Shown one piece after another: positions 40,985-51,286 of a stretch of 64,000 nucleotides of DNA. A program made the position numbers and the translations under genes. The DNA comes from Vulcanimicrobiota bacterium. GTDB taxonomy: Bacteria > Vulcanimicrobiota > Vulcanimicrobiia > Vulcanimicrobiales > Vulcanimicrobiaceae. Position 1 is the first letter of the stretch. Each line of letters starts with the position of its first letter. A model generated the notes under the pieces. That model was not told where the DNA came from and did not search any database. It was given only the letters and a program-made list of their open reading frames with translations. The stretch is from assembly GCA_963695225.1 (NCBI GenBank), contig OY968762.1, forward strand, positions 2,400,001 to 2,464,000. The letters run 5' to 3'.

Positions 40985-41571
40985 GCGAGGCGTTCGTCCA
41001 CGAGAGCGCGCTCGTCGAGCGCGATGTCGCGCTCGGAGCCGGCACGAAGATCTGGCACGACGCGCACATTCGCACGCGAGCCTCGATCGGTGCGCGCTGC
41101 GTCGTGGGGAAGGGCGTGTTCGTCGATTTCGACGTGACGATCGCCGACGATTGCAAGCTGCAGAACTACGCCTGCGTCTATCACGGCGTCAGCCTGGGGC
41201 GGGGCGTCTTCGTCGGGCCGCACGCCGTTTTTACGAACGATCTGCGCCCCCGCGCCACGGACCCTTCGTTCGGCCCGCTGCGCGACGGGGATTGGGAGGT
41301 CGGCTCGACGACGGTCGAAGACGGGGCCGCGATCGGGGCGAACAGCACGATCCTCCCGAACGTGCGGATCGGACGCTGGGCGATGGTCGGCGCGGGAGCC
41401 GTGGTCACGCGGAACGTCGGTCCCTACGAACTCGTCGTCGGCTCTCCGGCCCGCAGGATCGGCTGGGTCTGCGCCTGCGGAAGCCGCGTCGAGGAGGCGG
41501 CGGCGCGTTGCCCCCGCTGCGGCGAATTACCGGTCGATCATCCGCTGCGCGCCGCGCTCAATACCGCGTAA
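40981..41571 (+). CDS. Hexapeptide-repeat N-acetyltransferase (WbpD-like)
   Basis: GAGTKIWH, CKLQN, VFVGP..VFTND..PR, GA.IGANSTI, GSPARRIGWVC.CG. TTG overlaps the upstream stop. Confidence 0.88.
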   Translation: MSEAFVHESALVERDVALGAGTKIWHDAHIRTRASIGARCVVGKGVFVDFDVTIADDCKLQNYACVYHGVSLGRGVFVGPHAVFTNDLRPRATDPSFGPLRDGDWEVGSTTVEDGAAIGANSTILPNVRIGRWAMVGAGAVVTRNVGPYELVVGSPARRIGWVCACGSRVEEAAARCPRCGELPVDHPLRAALNTA

Positions 41572-41956
41572 CGCGCGCGAAGCCGGCGCCTCGGAAGATC
41601 TCGAGAACGCGCTCGACCGTTTCGGGCTTCGCGAAATACGCCACGACGGAGCGGCCGCGCTCGAGCGCCTCGAGGTAGTCCGGGAGTTCGCTGTCGGGGA
41701 TCTCGAGATCCCCGAGCCGGCCGGCCAAGGAGCCGTCGCTCAGCGCCTCGATGTTCCACCGGCCGCCGAGCCCCGGCACGCGAACGGCATCGCCGGTGAT
41801 CAGATCGGTCGCCGCCATCGTCCGGGAGAGGCTTCGCGCAGAATCATCGGGGCGGATGAGCTGCAGCGCGTTCAGGGAGAGCCCGGCCGCCGTAAGGGCC
41901 ACCTCGAGCTTTCCGGTGTCCGCGTCGCGTGAGATCGCGACGACGACGAGACCCAC
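41558..41956 (-). CDS. Hypothetical protein (general-stress-protein-like fold suspected)
   Basis: AAGGAGG plus GTG 41956. L..L.IP......Y...LERG..VVA pattern. Confidence 0.6.
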   Translation of the reverse strand: MGLVVVAISRDADTGKLEVALTAAGLSLNALQLIRPDDSARSLSRTMAATDLITGDAVRVPGLGGRWNIEALSDGSLAGRLGDLEIPDSELPDYLEALERGRSVVAYFAKPETVERVLEIFRGAGFARVTRY

Positions 41957-41988
41957 GATGACCTCCTTCCGGGAGCGTTTGACCGTTT

Positions 41989-42903
41989 TTAGACGGGGTT
42001 CATCGGCGCGCCGCCGACGGGCCGCCCGCCCGGCGGGTTCGAGGGGTCGCCCCCTTGTACGTTCTTCGCGAATGTCTGGAAGCTCGAATCGCGCACGAAA
42101 GCGAGGATCGCGGCTCCCAAACCGACGAGCCAGACGAGCGCCGTGACCGCCCAGCCGACGACGGGGACCATCTCGGCCGCGCTCACGACGATCAGCCCGA
42201 TGACGAGCGCCCCGACCGGGGTAGCGGTCGCCGTCGGCCGGATCAATTCGTAGACGCGCCGCCCGATCAGGAGCGCGACGGCGCCTTGGCCGATCCAGAT
42301 GCCGGCGAAAAGCGCGGCGACTTCGAGCACGACGAAAGGTATCCCGATGATGCTGAGGACGAGCAGGATCGCGACCGGTATGACCGCGATGAACGCGAGC
42401 GTCCCTACGAACGCGGAGAGCGCGGGGTGGCGCTCGACCCGGTCGAGCGCGATCCGCACCCGCATCGGGAAGAGCAAGAACATGAAGACGACGATGATGC
42501 TGTAGGCGAGCTGCGCGATCGTGCGCTTGTTCTCTTCGAACATGCTCGGAACGGTGCCGCGCGATTGCCACCAGGGCCACGGGGCGAGCGCCTCGACGGA
42601 ATCTCCCGAGAGCGCGTTGACCTGGCCGCCGACGACGCAGCCGTCGAGCTGCGTGAACGTGCCGCCGAACGTGTGGACGTTGCCGTCGATCATCCCGCCC
42701 GGCAAGCAGGTCGCATCGCCGAAAACGACGTTCAGATCGCCCCTGACGACGTCGCCCGGGCCGATCGTCACGTTCCCGAACCAGACGTTCTTATCGCCCT
42801 TGATCGTGCTCGCATAGGCCGGCGAAGCTCCGGCGAACGCGAATGCGAGTCCGGCTGCGACGAGCATCAGCGCGGCCCACAGCCGCGAGCGCGCGAGTTT
42901 CAC
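41989..42903 (-). CDS. Membrane protein with bactofilin-like beta-helix repeats, in the ECF operon
   Basis: Signal peptide, G.V.....V.GD..VVFG repeats, several C-terminal TMs. GTG overlaps the anti-sigma stop. Confidence 0.7.
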   Translation of the reverse strand: MKLARSRLWAALMLVAAGLAFAFAGASPAYASTIKGDKNVWFGNVTIGPGDVVRGDLNVVFGDATCLPGGMIDGNVHTFGGTFTQLDGCVVGGQVNALSGDSVEALAPWPWWQSRGTVPSMFEENKRTIAQLAYSIIVVFMFLLFPMRVRIALDRVERHPALSAFVGTLAFIAVIPVAILLVLSIIGIPFVVLEVAALFAGIWIGQGAVALLIGRRVYELIRPTATATPVGALVIGLIVVSAAEMVPVVGWAVTALVWLVGLGAAILAFVRDSSFQTFAKNVQGGDPSNPPGGRPVGGAPMNPV

Positions 42904-43460
42904 AGCGAGACCTCCGAAGTTCCGCTCAAGCGTTCGGCGCGGCGCGAGCGAAGGGCGACGACGCCGGCCGCGAGGCCTACCGCGAGCATGACGTCGAGTA
43001 GCAAGATCAGCCCCATCGCCGCGCCCACGCCGACCGTCGCGTGCCCGAAGAGGTTGGCGCCGCTCCCGACGAGCGCGGCGAGCGCGGTGCCAAGGCGCGC
43101 GAGCGCTTGTCCGGCGAACGCGAGCGTCGCCTGCGAGGCGGTGCCGCCCATCAGAAACCACATCGCGATCGCGCTCCACGCGAACGCGAGGTACGCCCCG
43201 AACATCGGGAGGGGCGAGACGCTGTGCACGACGGGGGGTGGGAGCGTCCGGATTTCGGCCATGACGGCGAACGTGAAATTCGGCGCCGGTTCGAGCCGCC
43301 GCGGCGCGAGCAGCAGCGCGTCAATGACGCGCAGCTCCTCAAGGAGCGCGCTGCACTCGCAGCATTCGGCGACGTGCGCCTCGAGGCGGGCGCGCACCGC
43401 GGGCGTGAGCTGCCCTTCCAGGTACGCGTCGAGGAGCGGTTCACATGACGAGCAGCGCAT
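42900..43460 (-). CDS. Zinc-finger (zf-HC2) anti-sigma factor
   Basis: C....L.AYLEG.L......LEAHVAECCEC (HxxxCxxC) plus TM segments. Confidence 0.88.
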   Translation of the reverse strand: MRCSSCEPLLDAYLEGQLTPAVRARLEAHVAECCECSALLEELRVIDALLLAPRRLEPAPNFTFAVMAEIRTLPPPVVHSVSPLPMFGAYLAFAWSAIAMWFLMGGTASQATLAFAGQALARLGTALAALVGSGANLFGHATVGVGAAMGLILLLDVMLAVGLAAGVVALRSRRAERLSGTSEVSL

Positions 43461-44088
43461 GCGTTCTCCCCGTTTGGGCCGGTCGCGAGGGTGGAATCGA
43501 CGCGATCGCTTCGGCTTCGCGGCGGCGCATGCGCTCGGCGAGCGCGATCTTGCCGCGATGGATCAGCGTCTTGACGTTGCCGAGAGAGAGGCCCATCGTC
43601 TCGGCGATCGTCTGGTAGTCCAAATTGTCGTAATAGCGCAGGGCGAGCACGGTGCGGGTGCGTTCCGGGAGCTCCGCCAGCGCGGCGCGGACGTCGGCCT
43701 CCGCTTCGGAGCGAAGGACGCCGCCGGCGGGATCGGCTTCCCGCGACGTGTCGGGGAGCATGTTCTCGAGCGTGCGGTCCTCGCCCAACTCCTGCGTCTG
43801 CGGGCGGCGCTGCGATCGTCCGAGGAACGTGCGCACGACGTTGCGCGCGATGTGGTAGATCCAGGTCGAGAAGCGTCCGAGCGCGGGATTGAACGTCCCC
43901 AAGTGGGCGTAGGCCCGGAGGAACGTCTCCTGCGTGAGGTCCGCGACATCGCTCTTGCTGCGCACGGCCGCGCCGATGAAGTTCGTGATGCCTCGTTTAT
44001 AACGATCGACGAGCACGGCAAACACATCGCGTTCACCGCCCAGGACGAGCCGAACCAACTCCTCGTCGGCCTGCTCCGCGATCGCCAT
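43441..44088 (-). CDS. ECF RNA polymerase sigma factor
   Basis: DEELV, DLTQETFLRAY, FSTWIY.IARN, LPER.R.V..LRY....Y..IAE.MG...G.VKT.IHRG. Confidence 0.93.
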   Translation of the reverse strand: MAIAEQADEELVRLVLGGERDVFAVLVDRYKRGITNFIGAAVRSKSDVADLTQETFLRAYAHLGTFNPALGRFSTWIYHIARNVVRTFLGRSQRRPQTQELGEDRTLENMLPDTSREADPAGGVLRSEAEADVRAALAELPERTRTVLALRYYDNLDYQTIAETMGLSLGNVKTLIHRGKIALAERMRRREAEAIASIPPSRPAQTGRTHALLVM

Positions 44089-44117
44089 CCTCCTTCCTAT
44101 TCTGCTTGCTCACTGGC

Positions 44118-44143
44118 TACCATTCGGACGTAAGAAAGTTACA
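44118..44143 (-). promoter_or_regulatory. Possible ECF-type autoregulatory promoter TGTAAC-N16-GGTA
   Basis: AAC-ending -35 and (C/G)GTA -10 geometry upstream of the sigma gene. Confidence 0.4.
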
Positions 44144-44268
44144 CGCCGAGGCGCCGGGCGCGGCTTGCAGTACCCGGCGAAGCGAGGGAAAGCTTGAAAC
44201 CGCTTCCGGTAGGGAAGGAGATGTGAGGCGGAATCGTCCGGTCGAAGAACGAAAATACCGGAACGACT

Positions 44269-45828
44269 ATGGACCTTCGCATCGATCGGCGAATCGTCGA
44301 CGAAGCGCGCAGTCTTGCGCGCCGTATCGTCGCGCCCGTCGGCGAGTTCATCGAGGCGCACTCGACGGTCGCCGTCGAGCGCTCCGTCCTCCGCCTCCTC
44401 GGCGTCGACGGCGTGGCCCACGACGAGATTCCCGTCGCCAACCTCGTCATCGATGCGCTCGGGGAGGAGGCTCGCGCCGGCGGCGTCGCCCGCCCGCTCG
44501 GGGCCGTCGTGGCGGAGACCGGGCTCGACCCCGCCTCGGCTTGCGCGGAGATCGCGGGCGGGCGGCTGCGCTTCGAGAGTTTCGCCGGCGTGCCCGAGGG
44601 AGCGGTCCAGGCGGCGCTGGCCCCGCACGTCGCCGCCGCGCTCGCCCGGATCGACGCCCGTCGCGGCGAGCGGGAGGCGCTGCTCGCGCGCCTGCCGCAG
44701 TCGCCCCCGCCGTTGCTCTACGTGATCGTCGCAAGCGGGAACATCTACGAAGACCGCGCCGCGGCCGTCGCGGCGGCCGAGGCGGGCGCGCAGATCGTCG
44801 CCGTCATCCGCTCGACGGGGCAATCGCTGTTGGATTTCGTCCCGTTCGGCGCGACGACGGAAGGGTACGGCGGCACGTACGCGACGCAGGAGAACTTCCG
44901 GATCGTGCGCGCGGCGCTCGACGAGGTCTCCGAACGTCTCGGCCGCTACGTCATGCTCACGAACTACGCGAGCGGCCTGTGCATGCCGGAGATCGCGACG
45001 ATGGCCGCGCTCGAGCGCCTCGACATGCTGCTGAACGACTCGATGTACGGCATCCTCTTTCGCGACATCAACATGCAGCGCACGTTCGTCGACCAGCACT
45101 TCAGCCGCATGCTCAACGCGCGTTCGGGGATCGTCATCAACACGGGCGAAGACAACTATCTCACGACCGCGGACGCGTGCGAGCAAGCGCCTGCGGTCCT
45201 CGCCTCGCAATTCATCAACGAGGCGTTCGCGCACGCCGCCGGAATGCGGGACGAGAAGATCGGCCTCGGCGACGCCTACGAGATCGATCCGAAGCTCCAA
45301 GACGGGTTCCTCTACGCGCTCGCGCAGGCGCAGCTGGCGCGCCAGATCTTCCCCGCTTCGCCGCTGAAGTATATGCCGCCGACCAAGCACATGACCGGCG
45401 ACATCTTCAAGGGGCATCTGATCGACGCGATGTTCAATCTGGCGTCGGTGATGACCGGCCAGACGATTCATCTCTGCGGCATGTTGACCGAAGCGATCCA
45501 CACGCCGTTCTTGGGCGACCGCGCGCTGTCGCTGGAGAACGCGCGGTACGTCATGGGGACGGCGCGGCATCTCGGGGACGAGATCGAGTTCAAGCGCGGC
45601 GGGATCGTCGAGCGCCGCGCGCAAGCGGTCCTGTCCGACGCGCGCGCGCTCTTGGAACGCATCGCCGAGCGCGGCCTCATGCGCTCGATCGAAGAGCGCG
45701 CCTTCGCCGACGTTTCGCGTTCGCCGAACGGCGGGCGCGGGCTCGAGGGAGTCTTCGCGCGCGCGCCCGGCTACTGGAATCCGTTCGAAGAGGCGCTCGC
45801 GCCTCCGCTCGAGGCGGCGGCGCGATGA
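44269..45828 (+). CDS. kamD: Lysine 5,6-aminomutase alpha subunit
   Basis: TVAVERSVLRLLG, YVIVASGNIYED, AVIRSTGQSLLD, GGTYATQEN, NYASGLCMPEIA, LNDSMYGILFRDIN, LKYMPPTK. Confidence 0.93.
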   Translation: MDLRIDRRIVDEARSLARRIVAPVGEFIEAHSTVAVERSVLRLLGVDGVAHDEIPVANLVIDALGEEARAGGVARPLGAVVAETGLDPASACAEIAGGRLRFESFAGVPEGAVQAALAPHVAAALARIDARRGEREALLARLPQSPPPLLYVIVASGNIYEDRAAAVAAAEAGAQIVAVIRSTGQSLLDFVPFGATTEGYGGTYATQENFRIVRAALDEVSERLGRYVMLTNYASGLCMPEIATMAALERLDMLLNDSMYGILFRDINMQRTFVDQHFSRMLNARSGIVINTGEDNYLTTADACEQAPAVLASQFINEAFAHAAGMRDEKIGLGDAYEIDPKLQDGFLYALAQAQLARQIFPASPLKYMPPTKHMTGDIFKGHLIDAMFNLASVMTGQTIHLCGMLTEAIHTPFLGDRALSLENARYVMGTARHLGDEIEFKRGGIVERRAQAVLSDARALLERIAERGLMRSIEERAFADVSRSPNGGRGLEGVFARAPGYWNPFEEALAPPLEAAAR

Positions 45829-46562
45829 GCGGCCTAGTGAAGCCGTACGGCGACACGCTCGGCGACGGCAAGGTGCAACTCTCGTTCACGTTGCCGATCG
45901 AATGGAGCGAAGCGGCCGACGAAGCGGCGCGCAGGCTCGTCGGAGAGATGGGCTTCTGCGACGTGTCGGTCGCGGAGGGACGCAGGATCGCGACGGGCTT
46001 CTCGTTCTTCGTCGTCTACGCGAGCACGCCGGCCGGGATCGACCTCGCATCGATCGACGCGCGTTCCGCACGGACCGTCGAGCTTTCGCTCGATCAGATC
46101 GACGCGCTGGTCCGCGCGCGCGTCGGGCGGAAGATCCGCGTCGCAGGCGCGTGCATCGGGACCGACGCGCACACGGTCGGCATCGACGCGATTCTGAACA
46201 TGAAGGGCTACGGCGGGGATTACGGGCTCGAGCGCTACAAGGAGTTCGCGACGTTCAACCTCGGCAGCCAAGTCGCCGTCGAGGAGCTCGTCCGCTTCAC
46301 GGCGGAAAACGAGATCGACGCGGTTCTCGCCTCGCAGATCGTCACGCAAAAGGGGAGCGACATTCAGAATTTCACGGCGCTGGCCGAATTGCTCGAAGCC
46401 GAGGGGATGCGCGAGCGCGTGATCCTGCTCTGCGGCGGGCCGCGCGTGACGAACCTGATGGCGCTCGAGCTCGGATACGACGCCGGCTTCGGGCGCGGGA
46501 CGCGCCCGAGCCACGTTGCGGGCTTCATCGCGACGCGCATGGCGGAACGCGCCTTCGCTTGA
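45825..46562 (+). CDS. kamE: Lysine 5,6-aminomutase beta subunit (B12/PLP)
   Basis: VKPYGDT..DG.VQLSFTLP, DAHTVGIDAI (DxHxxG), NMKG..G..GLERY, GYDAGFG. Confidence 0.93.
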   Translation: MSGLVKPYGDTLGDGKVQLSFTLPIEWSEAADEAARRLVGEMGFCDVSVAEGRRIATGFSFFVVYASTPAGIDLASIDARSARTVELSLDQIDALVRARVGRKIRVAGACIGTDAHTVGIDAILNMKGYGGDYGLERYKEFATFNLGSQVAVEELVRFTAENEIDAVLASQIVTQKGSDIQNFTALAELLEAEGMRERVILLCGGPRVTNLMALELGYDAGFGRGTRPSHVAGFIATRMAERAFA

Positions 46563-47002
46563 GCCCGCTCCGCTCGCGCGCCTTCGGCGGCGCCGTCGCG
46601 CTCGCCGCGGCGCTGGCCGTCGCGGGATGCTCCGCGCCGCGGCAGGCCGTCGAGCAGCCGGTCGTCGCGGTCGGTCCGGTCCCGGCATCCATGCCGTCGC
46701 CGCCGCCGGCGGCCCCCGGGGATGCGCCGCGCATCGTCGAGATCTGGCTTTCCAAGACGGAGTTTGCACCGGGCGAACGCATCGCCGGCCGCGTCGTGAC
46801 GACGACGAACGTCGCGAGCTTGGAAATCCGCGTCGAAGGCTACGGGCGCGTTATTCCGCGCTCGGATTTCGGCCGCTTCGAGGGAACGGTCGCGGTCCCG
46901 AAGCTCCCGTCGTTCCTGCGCCGCGCGTTCGCGCTGCAGATCCTCGCGCGCAACGCCGGCGGCGTCGCGGCGAAAGCGATCGTTCCGATCCGCGTCTTAT
47001 AG
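46559..47002 (+). CDS. Lipoprotein, paralog 3 of 3 of the small secreted family
   Basis: TTG overlaps the kamE stop, lipobox VAGC, PRIVEI...TTTNVASLEIRVEG...LPSFLRR....ILARNAGG. Confidence 0.72.
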   Translation: MSPLRSRAFGGAVALAAALAVAGCSAPRQAVEQPVVAVGPVPASMPSPPPAAPGDAPRIVEIWLSKTEFAPGERIAGRVVTTTNVASLEIRVEGYGRVIPRSDFGRFEGTVAVPKLPSFLRRAFALQILARNAGGVAAKAIVPIRVL

Positions 47003-47052
47003 CGCCGCCGCTCGATACATAGATCAAGTGCGCTTCGCCGCAGGGCCCGCGT

Positions 47053-47290
47053 GCGGGTCGGGGCGACGGTCTCCCGCGGGGACGCCCGCGATTTCGCATC
47101 CATGCGAAATCGCTACTCTCACCCCACGATGCTAACGCATCGCGGGGCCCCTGGGCAGTTGAAAAGGCGCTACGCCTTCGGCTCCGCGCCCCCACACGCG
47201 AAGCGCGTGGGGGCCCCTCCCGATCCCGCCATCCCGGCTCCGCGGGCAAGCTGCACGCCCCGCGGAAGACCGTCGCCCCGCCCCACCCGC
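47053..47290 (-). repeat. Modular palindromic extragenic element, copy A (full length)
   Basis: 22-bp inverted arms 47060-47081/47258-47279 enclosing several hairpins. Homologous to the copies at 58668 and 59007. Confidence 0.85.
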
Positions 47291-47334
47291 TGCCTGGGGG
47301 CTGCCGGGTTGTCGAAGTCTCTGCTTGTCGTGCG

Positions 47335-48642
47335 TTACGGCTCGAAGGGGAATTCGTGTAGGCGTGCCAGCGCGTTCGCTTGCCGGCGGAAGAACGTTGC
47401 GTCGTCGCATAGGAGGCGGATGCGCTCGTCGTCGGCGTGGCGGTAGGCGAGGAGCGTCGCGCGGCCGTCGCGTTGGAGCGCGCTCGTGTCGTTGAGGTCG
47501 TTCCAGCCGCGTACGTTCGTCGCGACGAAGCACGCGGCGGCGGCGAGGGCGGCGGCGAGGGCGGCGCCGCGTGCGAGGGTCGTTCGCGGCGGGAACGCGC
47601 CGCTCTCGGCGGCGACGGCCAGCAAGCCCGCGAGCGCGATCCACAAGAGGCTCGAGACGGTGACGTAGCGCGAGCTGAGCGCTTGATCGATGCCGAACGT
47701 CGCGCGCCCGACGATCGCGAGCGCGGCGGTGAAGAGCGGGACGGAGCCGAGCGCGATCCAAGGGCGCGAGCGCTGGTCGGGGAGCGTTCGCGCGGCGAGC
47801 CATGCGAAGGCGGCGAGCCCGGCTGCGCCCCAGGCGAGCGCGACGGGGACGCCGGACCAGATGCCGAGCGGCCCGCCGAGGTACGTCAGGAAATAGCCCG
47901 CGGCGAGGAGCGGGGAACGCGCCGCGTCGCCCGCGTATGGTTCCGCCGGCGGTGCTGAGTAGCCGTAGGCGAACGCCCCGGCGGACGCTAGCGCGAGGGC
48001 GGTCCACACGAAGATGCGCACGCCGGCCGCGCGGGAACGCCCGGCCAGCACGACCGCCCCCGCGAGCCAGGCCGCGAAGCCGAAGATGAGGGAGTAGCTC
48101 GCGATCGCCGCGGTCGCGGCGGCCGCGCCGAAGGCGAGCGGCGATTCCGGCCACGCGTGCAGGGTCAGGACGGTCGCGAGGATCGCCGCGATCGCGAGGA
48201 ACCACGACAGTTGGAAACCCCAGAGGATGTTCTGCGATTGGCCGAGCGAGCATGCGAGCAGCGCGGCGGCCAGCCCTAGCGGCCCGGCGCGTTCCGGCCG
48301 AACGGTTCGCGCAGCCAGCGCGAGCAGCGACGCGACGGCGACGCCGATGAAAGCGATCCCGGCATACTCCTCGCGCACCGCGCTCCACGGGTGCGAGCGT
48401 GCGAGCGCGAGCGCGACGAGGCTCGGGAAGAAACTGCGGTGCGCGTTCTGTTGCGCCCACAGGTCGGAGACCGTCAGCGTGCCCTCGCGCAACTTGACGA
48501 TCAGCGGCGCCCAGATCCATTCGTCGAACCACGGCACGTCGACGCCGAAACGCGCGACCGCTGCGGCGAGGAGCGCGGGGCACGCGAGCGCGAGCGCGAA
48601 CCATGCGCGCGATGGGAGACGGAGCGTCGGCACGGGCCTCAC
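47335..48642 (-). CDS. Multi-pass membrane protein, probable GT-C (GtrII-like) glycosyltransferase
   Basis: TM1 followed by DVPWFDEW, QQNAHR..FP, N.LWGFQ, GRA..G....SSRY. Confidence 0.55.
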   Translation of the reverse strand: MRPVPTLRLPSRAWFALALACPALLAAAVARFGVDVPWFDEWIWAPLIVKLREGTLTVSDLWAQQNAHRSFFPSLVALALARSHPWSAVREEYAGIAFIGVAVASLLALAARTVRPERAGPLGLAAALLACSLGQSQNILWGFQLSWFLAIAAILATVLTLHAWPESPLAFGAAAATAAIASYSLIFGFAAWLAGAVVLAGRSRAAGVRIFVWTALALASAGAFAYGYSAPPAEPYAGDAARSPLLAAGYFLTYLGGPLGIWSGVPVALAWGAAGLAAFAWLAARTLPDQRSRPWIALGSVPLFTAALAIVGRATFGIDQALSSRYVTVSSLLWIALAGLLAVAAESGAFPPRTTLARGAALAAALAAAACFVATNVRGWNDLNDTSALQRDGRATLLAYRHADDERIRLLCDDATFFRRQANALARLHEFPFEP

Positions 48643-50213
48643 ATCCGCACTCGCGAGCGCCTATCCCTGTATGCGCCGCGTTTGCGTGGGCGTTGTTCGC
48701 CGCGTTGGAACCGGCGAGCGCCGCCGATCGATCCTCGCTCGCCCGGATTCCGAAGCCCGCAGCGGCGGGTGCGTCTTGGACGGCGGCGGAGGTCGCCGCG
48801 TTGCGCGCCTCGCTCGACGCCCTGCTCGCCGGGGCGCCCGTGCTGCGCGGCGCGCACGCCGGGGCGCTCGCGCTCGAGACGCGCAGCGGCGCCGTGCTCT
48901 ACGAGCGGAAAGCCGACGAACACTTCTTGCCCGCCTCCAGCGCGAAGCTTGCGACCGGCACGGTCGCGCTCGCGCGGCTTGGGCCCGGCTTCCGGTTCAC
49001 GACGTTGCTGCTCGGCACGGGTCCCGTCGCGGACGGGGAACTGCAGGGCGATCTCGTGCTGCGCGGCGGCGGCGATCCGCTCCTCTCCGCGAGCGATCTC
49101 GAGAGCGCGGCGAGCGCCGTCGCGAACGCCGGGATCCGGACCGTCGCCGGAACCGTCAGGAGCGACAGCACGTATTTCGCGCCGAAGCGCTACGGCGACG
49201 GGTGGAGCGTCGACGATATCCCGTTCTACTACATGCCGGTCGTCTCGGCGCTCTCGCTCGAGGAGAACGTCCTCCACCTGACGGTTACGGCGGGTGCGAA
49301 CGCGGGCGATCCGGCCGAGCTGCGAGCGGCGCCGGCGAGCGCGGTGCACGCGGCGCCGCTCGAAGGCTGCCCGAACGGCGACCTCGGGTTCTTCCTCGTC
49401 AATCGCGCGACGACCGGTACCCGCGGCTCCCGGGATACGGCCGACGTCGCGCGCGAACCGTGCGGCGCGATGGTCGTGACGGGGTCGATTCCGCTCGGCG
49501 CTCCGCCCGACGAAATCGACGCCGCGGTTCCGAACCCGGAGGCTTACGCCGCCGACGTGTTCCGCGCGGCGCTCGTCGCGCGCGGCGTGCGCGTGACGGG
49601 TCCTGACGGCGGCGCCCAGTACGGCGCAGCGGGCGGGCGCTACAGTCCGCTCGACGCGAGCTGGAGCGTTCTGTGGCGGCACGATTCCGAGCCGCTCTCG
49701 GAGATGCTAGCCGACTTCTGGTACCCGAGCGACAACTTGATCGGCGAAGCGCTCCTCCGCGTGCTCGGGATCGCGCACGCTGGGCCGCCCGGCACCGAGG
49801 CCGCGGGGCTAGCGCTCGTTCGCGAGACGCTGGCGGCGCAGGGGGTCCCGGCGCACGGCTTCGAGCTGGTCGATGGATCGGGGCTCTCCCGCTACGATTT
49901 GGCGACGCCGCGGGCGCTGGCGAGCGTGCTGCAGGCGGATTGGAACGCGCCGTACCGCGATCTCGTCCTCGACGCGCTCCCCGTCGCGGGCGTCCGGGGC
50001 TCGCTCGCGCACGCGTTCGCCGGAACGCCTCTCGAGCGGCGCGTCTTCGCGAAGAGCGGAAGCATGACGCACGTGAGCGCGCTCGCCGGCTATCTCGCGA
50101 CGAACCGGCACGGAGCGGTGACGTTCGCGATCATGGTCGACGATTGGAGCGGCGACGCGGCTGCGCTCGAAGACGTCCGCACGCGCTGGCTCTCGCGGCT
50201 CGTCACGGACTAG
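48603..50213 (+). CDS. dacB: D-Ala-D-Ala carboxypeptidase/endopeptidase (PBP4, peptidase S13), start uncertain
   Basis: PASSAK (SxxK), GDLVLRGGGDP, SDN (SxN), DGSGLSR, AKSGS (KxG). Confidence 0.9.
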   Translation: MRAMGDGASARASHPHSRAPIPVCAAFAWALFAALEPASAADRSSLARIPKPAAAGASWTAAEVAALRASLDALLAGAPVLRGAHAGALALETRSGAVLYERKADEHFLPASSAKLATGTVALARLGPGFRFTTLLLGTGPVADGELQGDLVLRGGGDPLLSASDLESAASAVANAGIRTVAGTVRSDSTYFAPKRYGDGWSVDDIPFYYMPVVSALSLEENVLHLTVTAGANAGDPAELRAAPASAVHAAPLEGCPNGDLGFFLVNRATTGTRGSRDTADVAREPCGAMVVTGSIPLGAPPDEIDAAVPNPEAYAADVFRAALVARGVRVTGPDGGAQYGAAGGRYSPLDASWSVLWRHDSEPLSEMLADFWYPSDNLIGEALLRVLGIAHAGPPGTEAAGLALVRETLAAQGVPAHGFELVDGSGLSRYDLATPRALASVLQADWNAPYRDLVLDALPVAGVRGSLAHAFAGTPLERRVFAKSGSMTHVSALAGYLATNRHGAVTFAIMVDDWSGDAAALEDVRTRWLSRLVTD

Positions 50214-51284
<1,071 letters not shown>

Positions 51285-51286
51285 GC

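Noticed and set aside
34100..42000. Genomic island or prophage
   Set aside because: The composition looks only slightly different, and no integrase, att repeats, tRNA or phage genes were seen.
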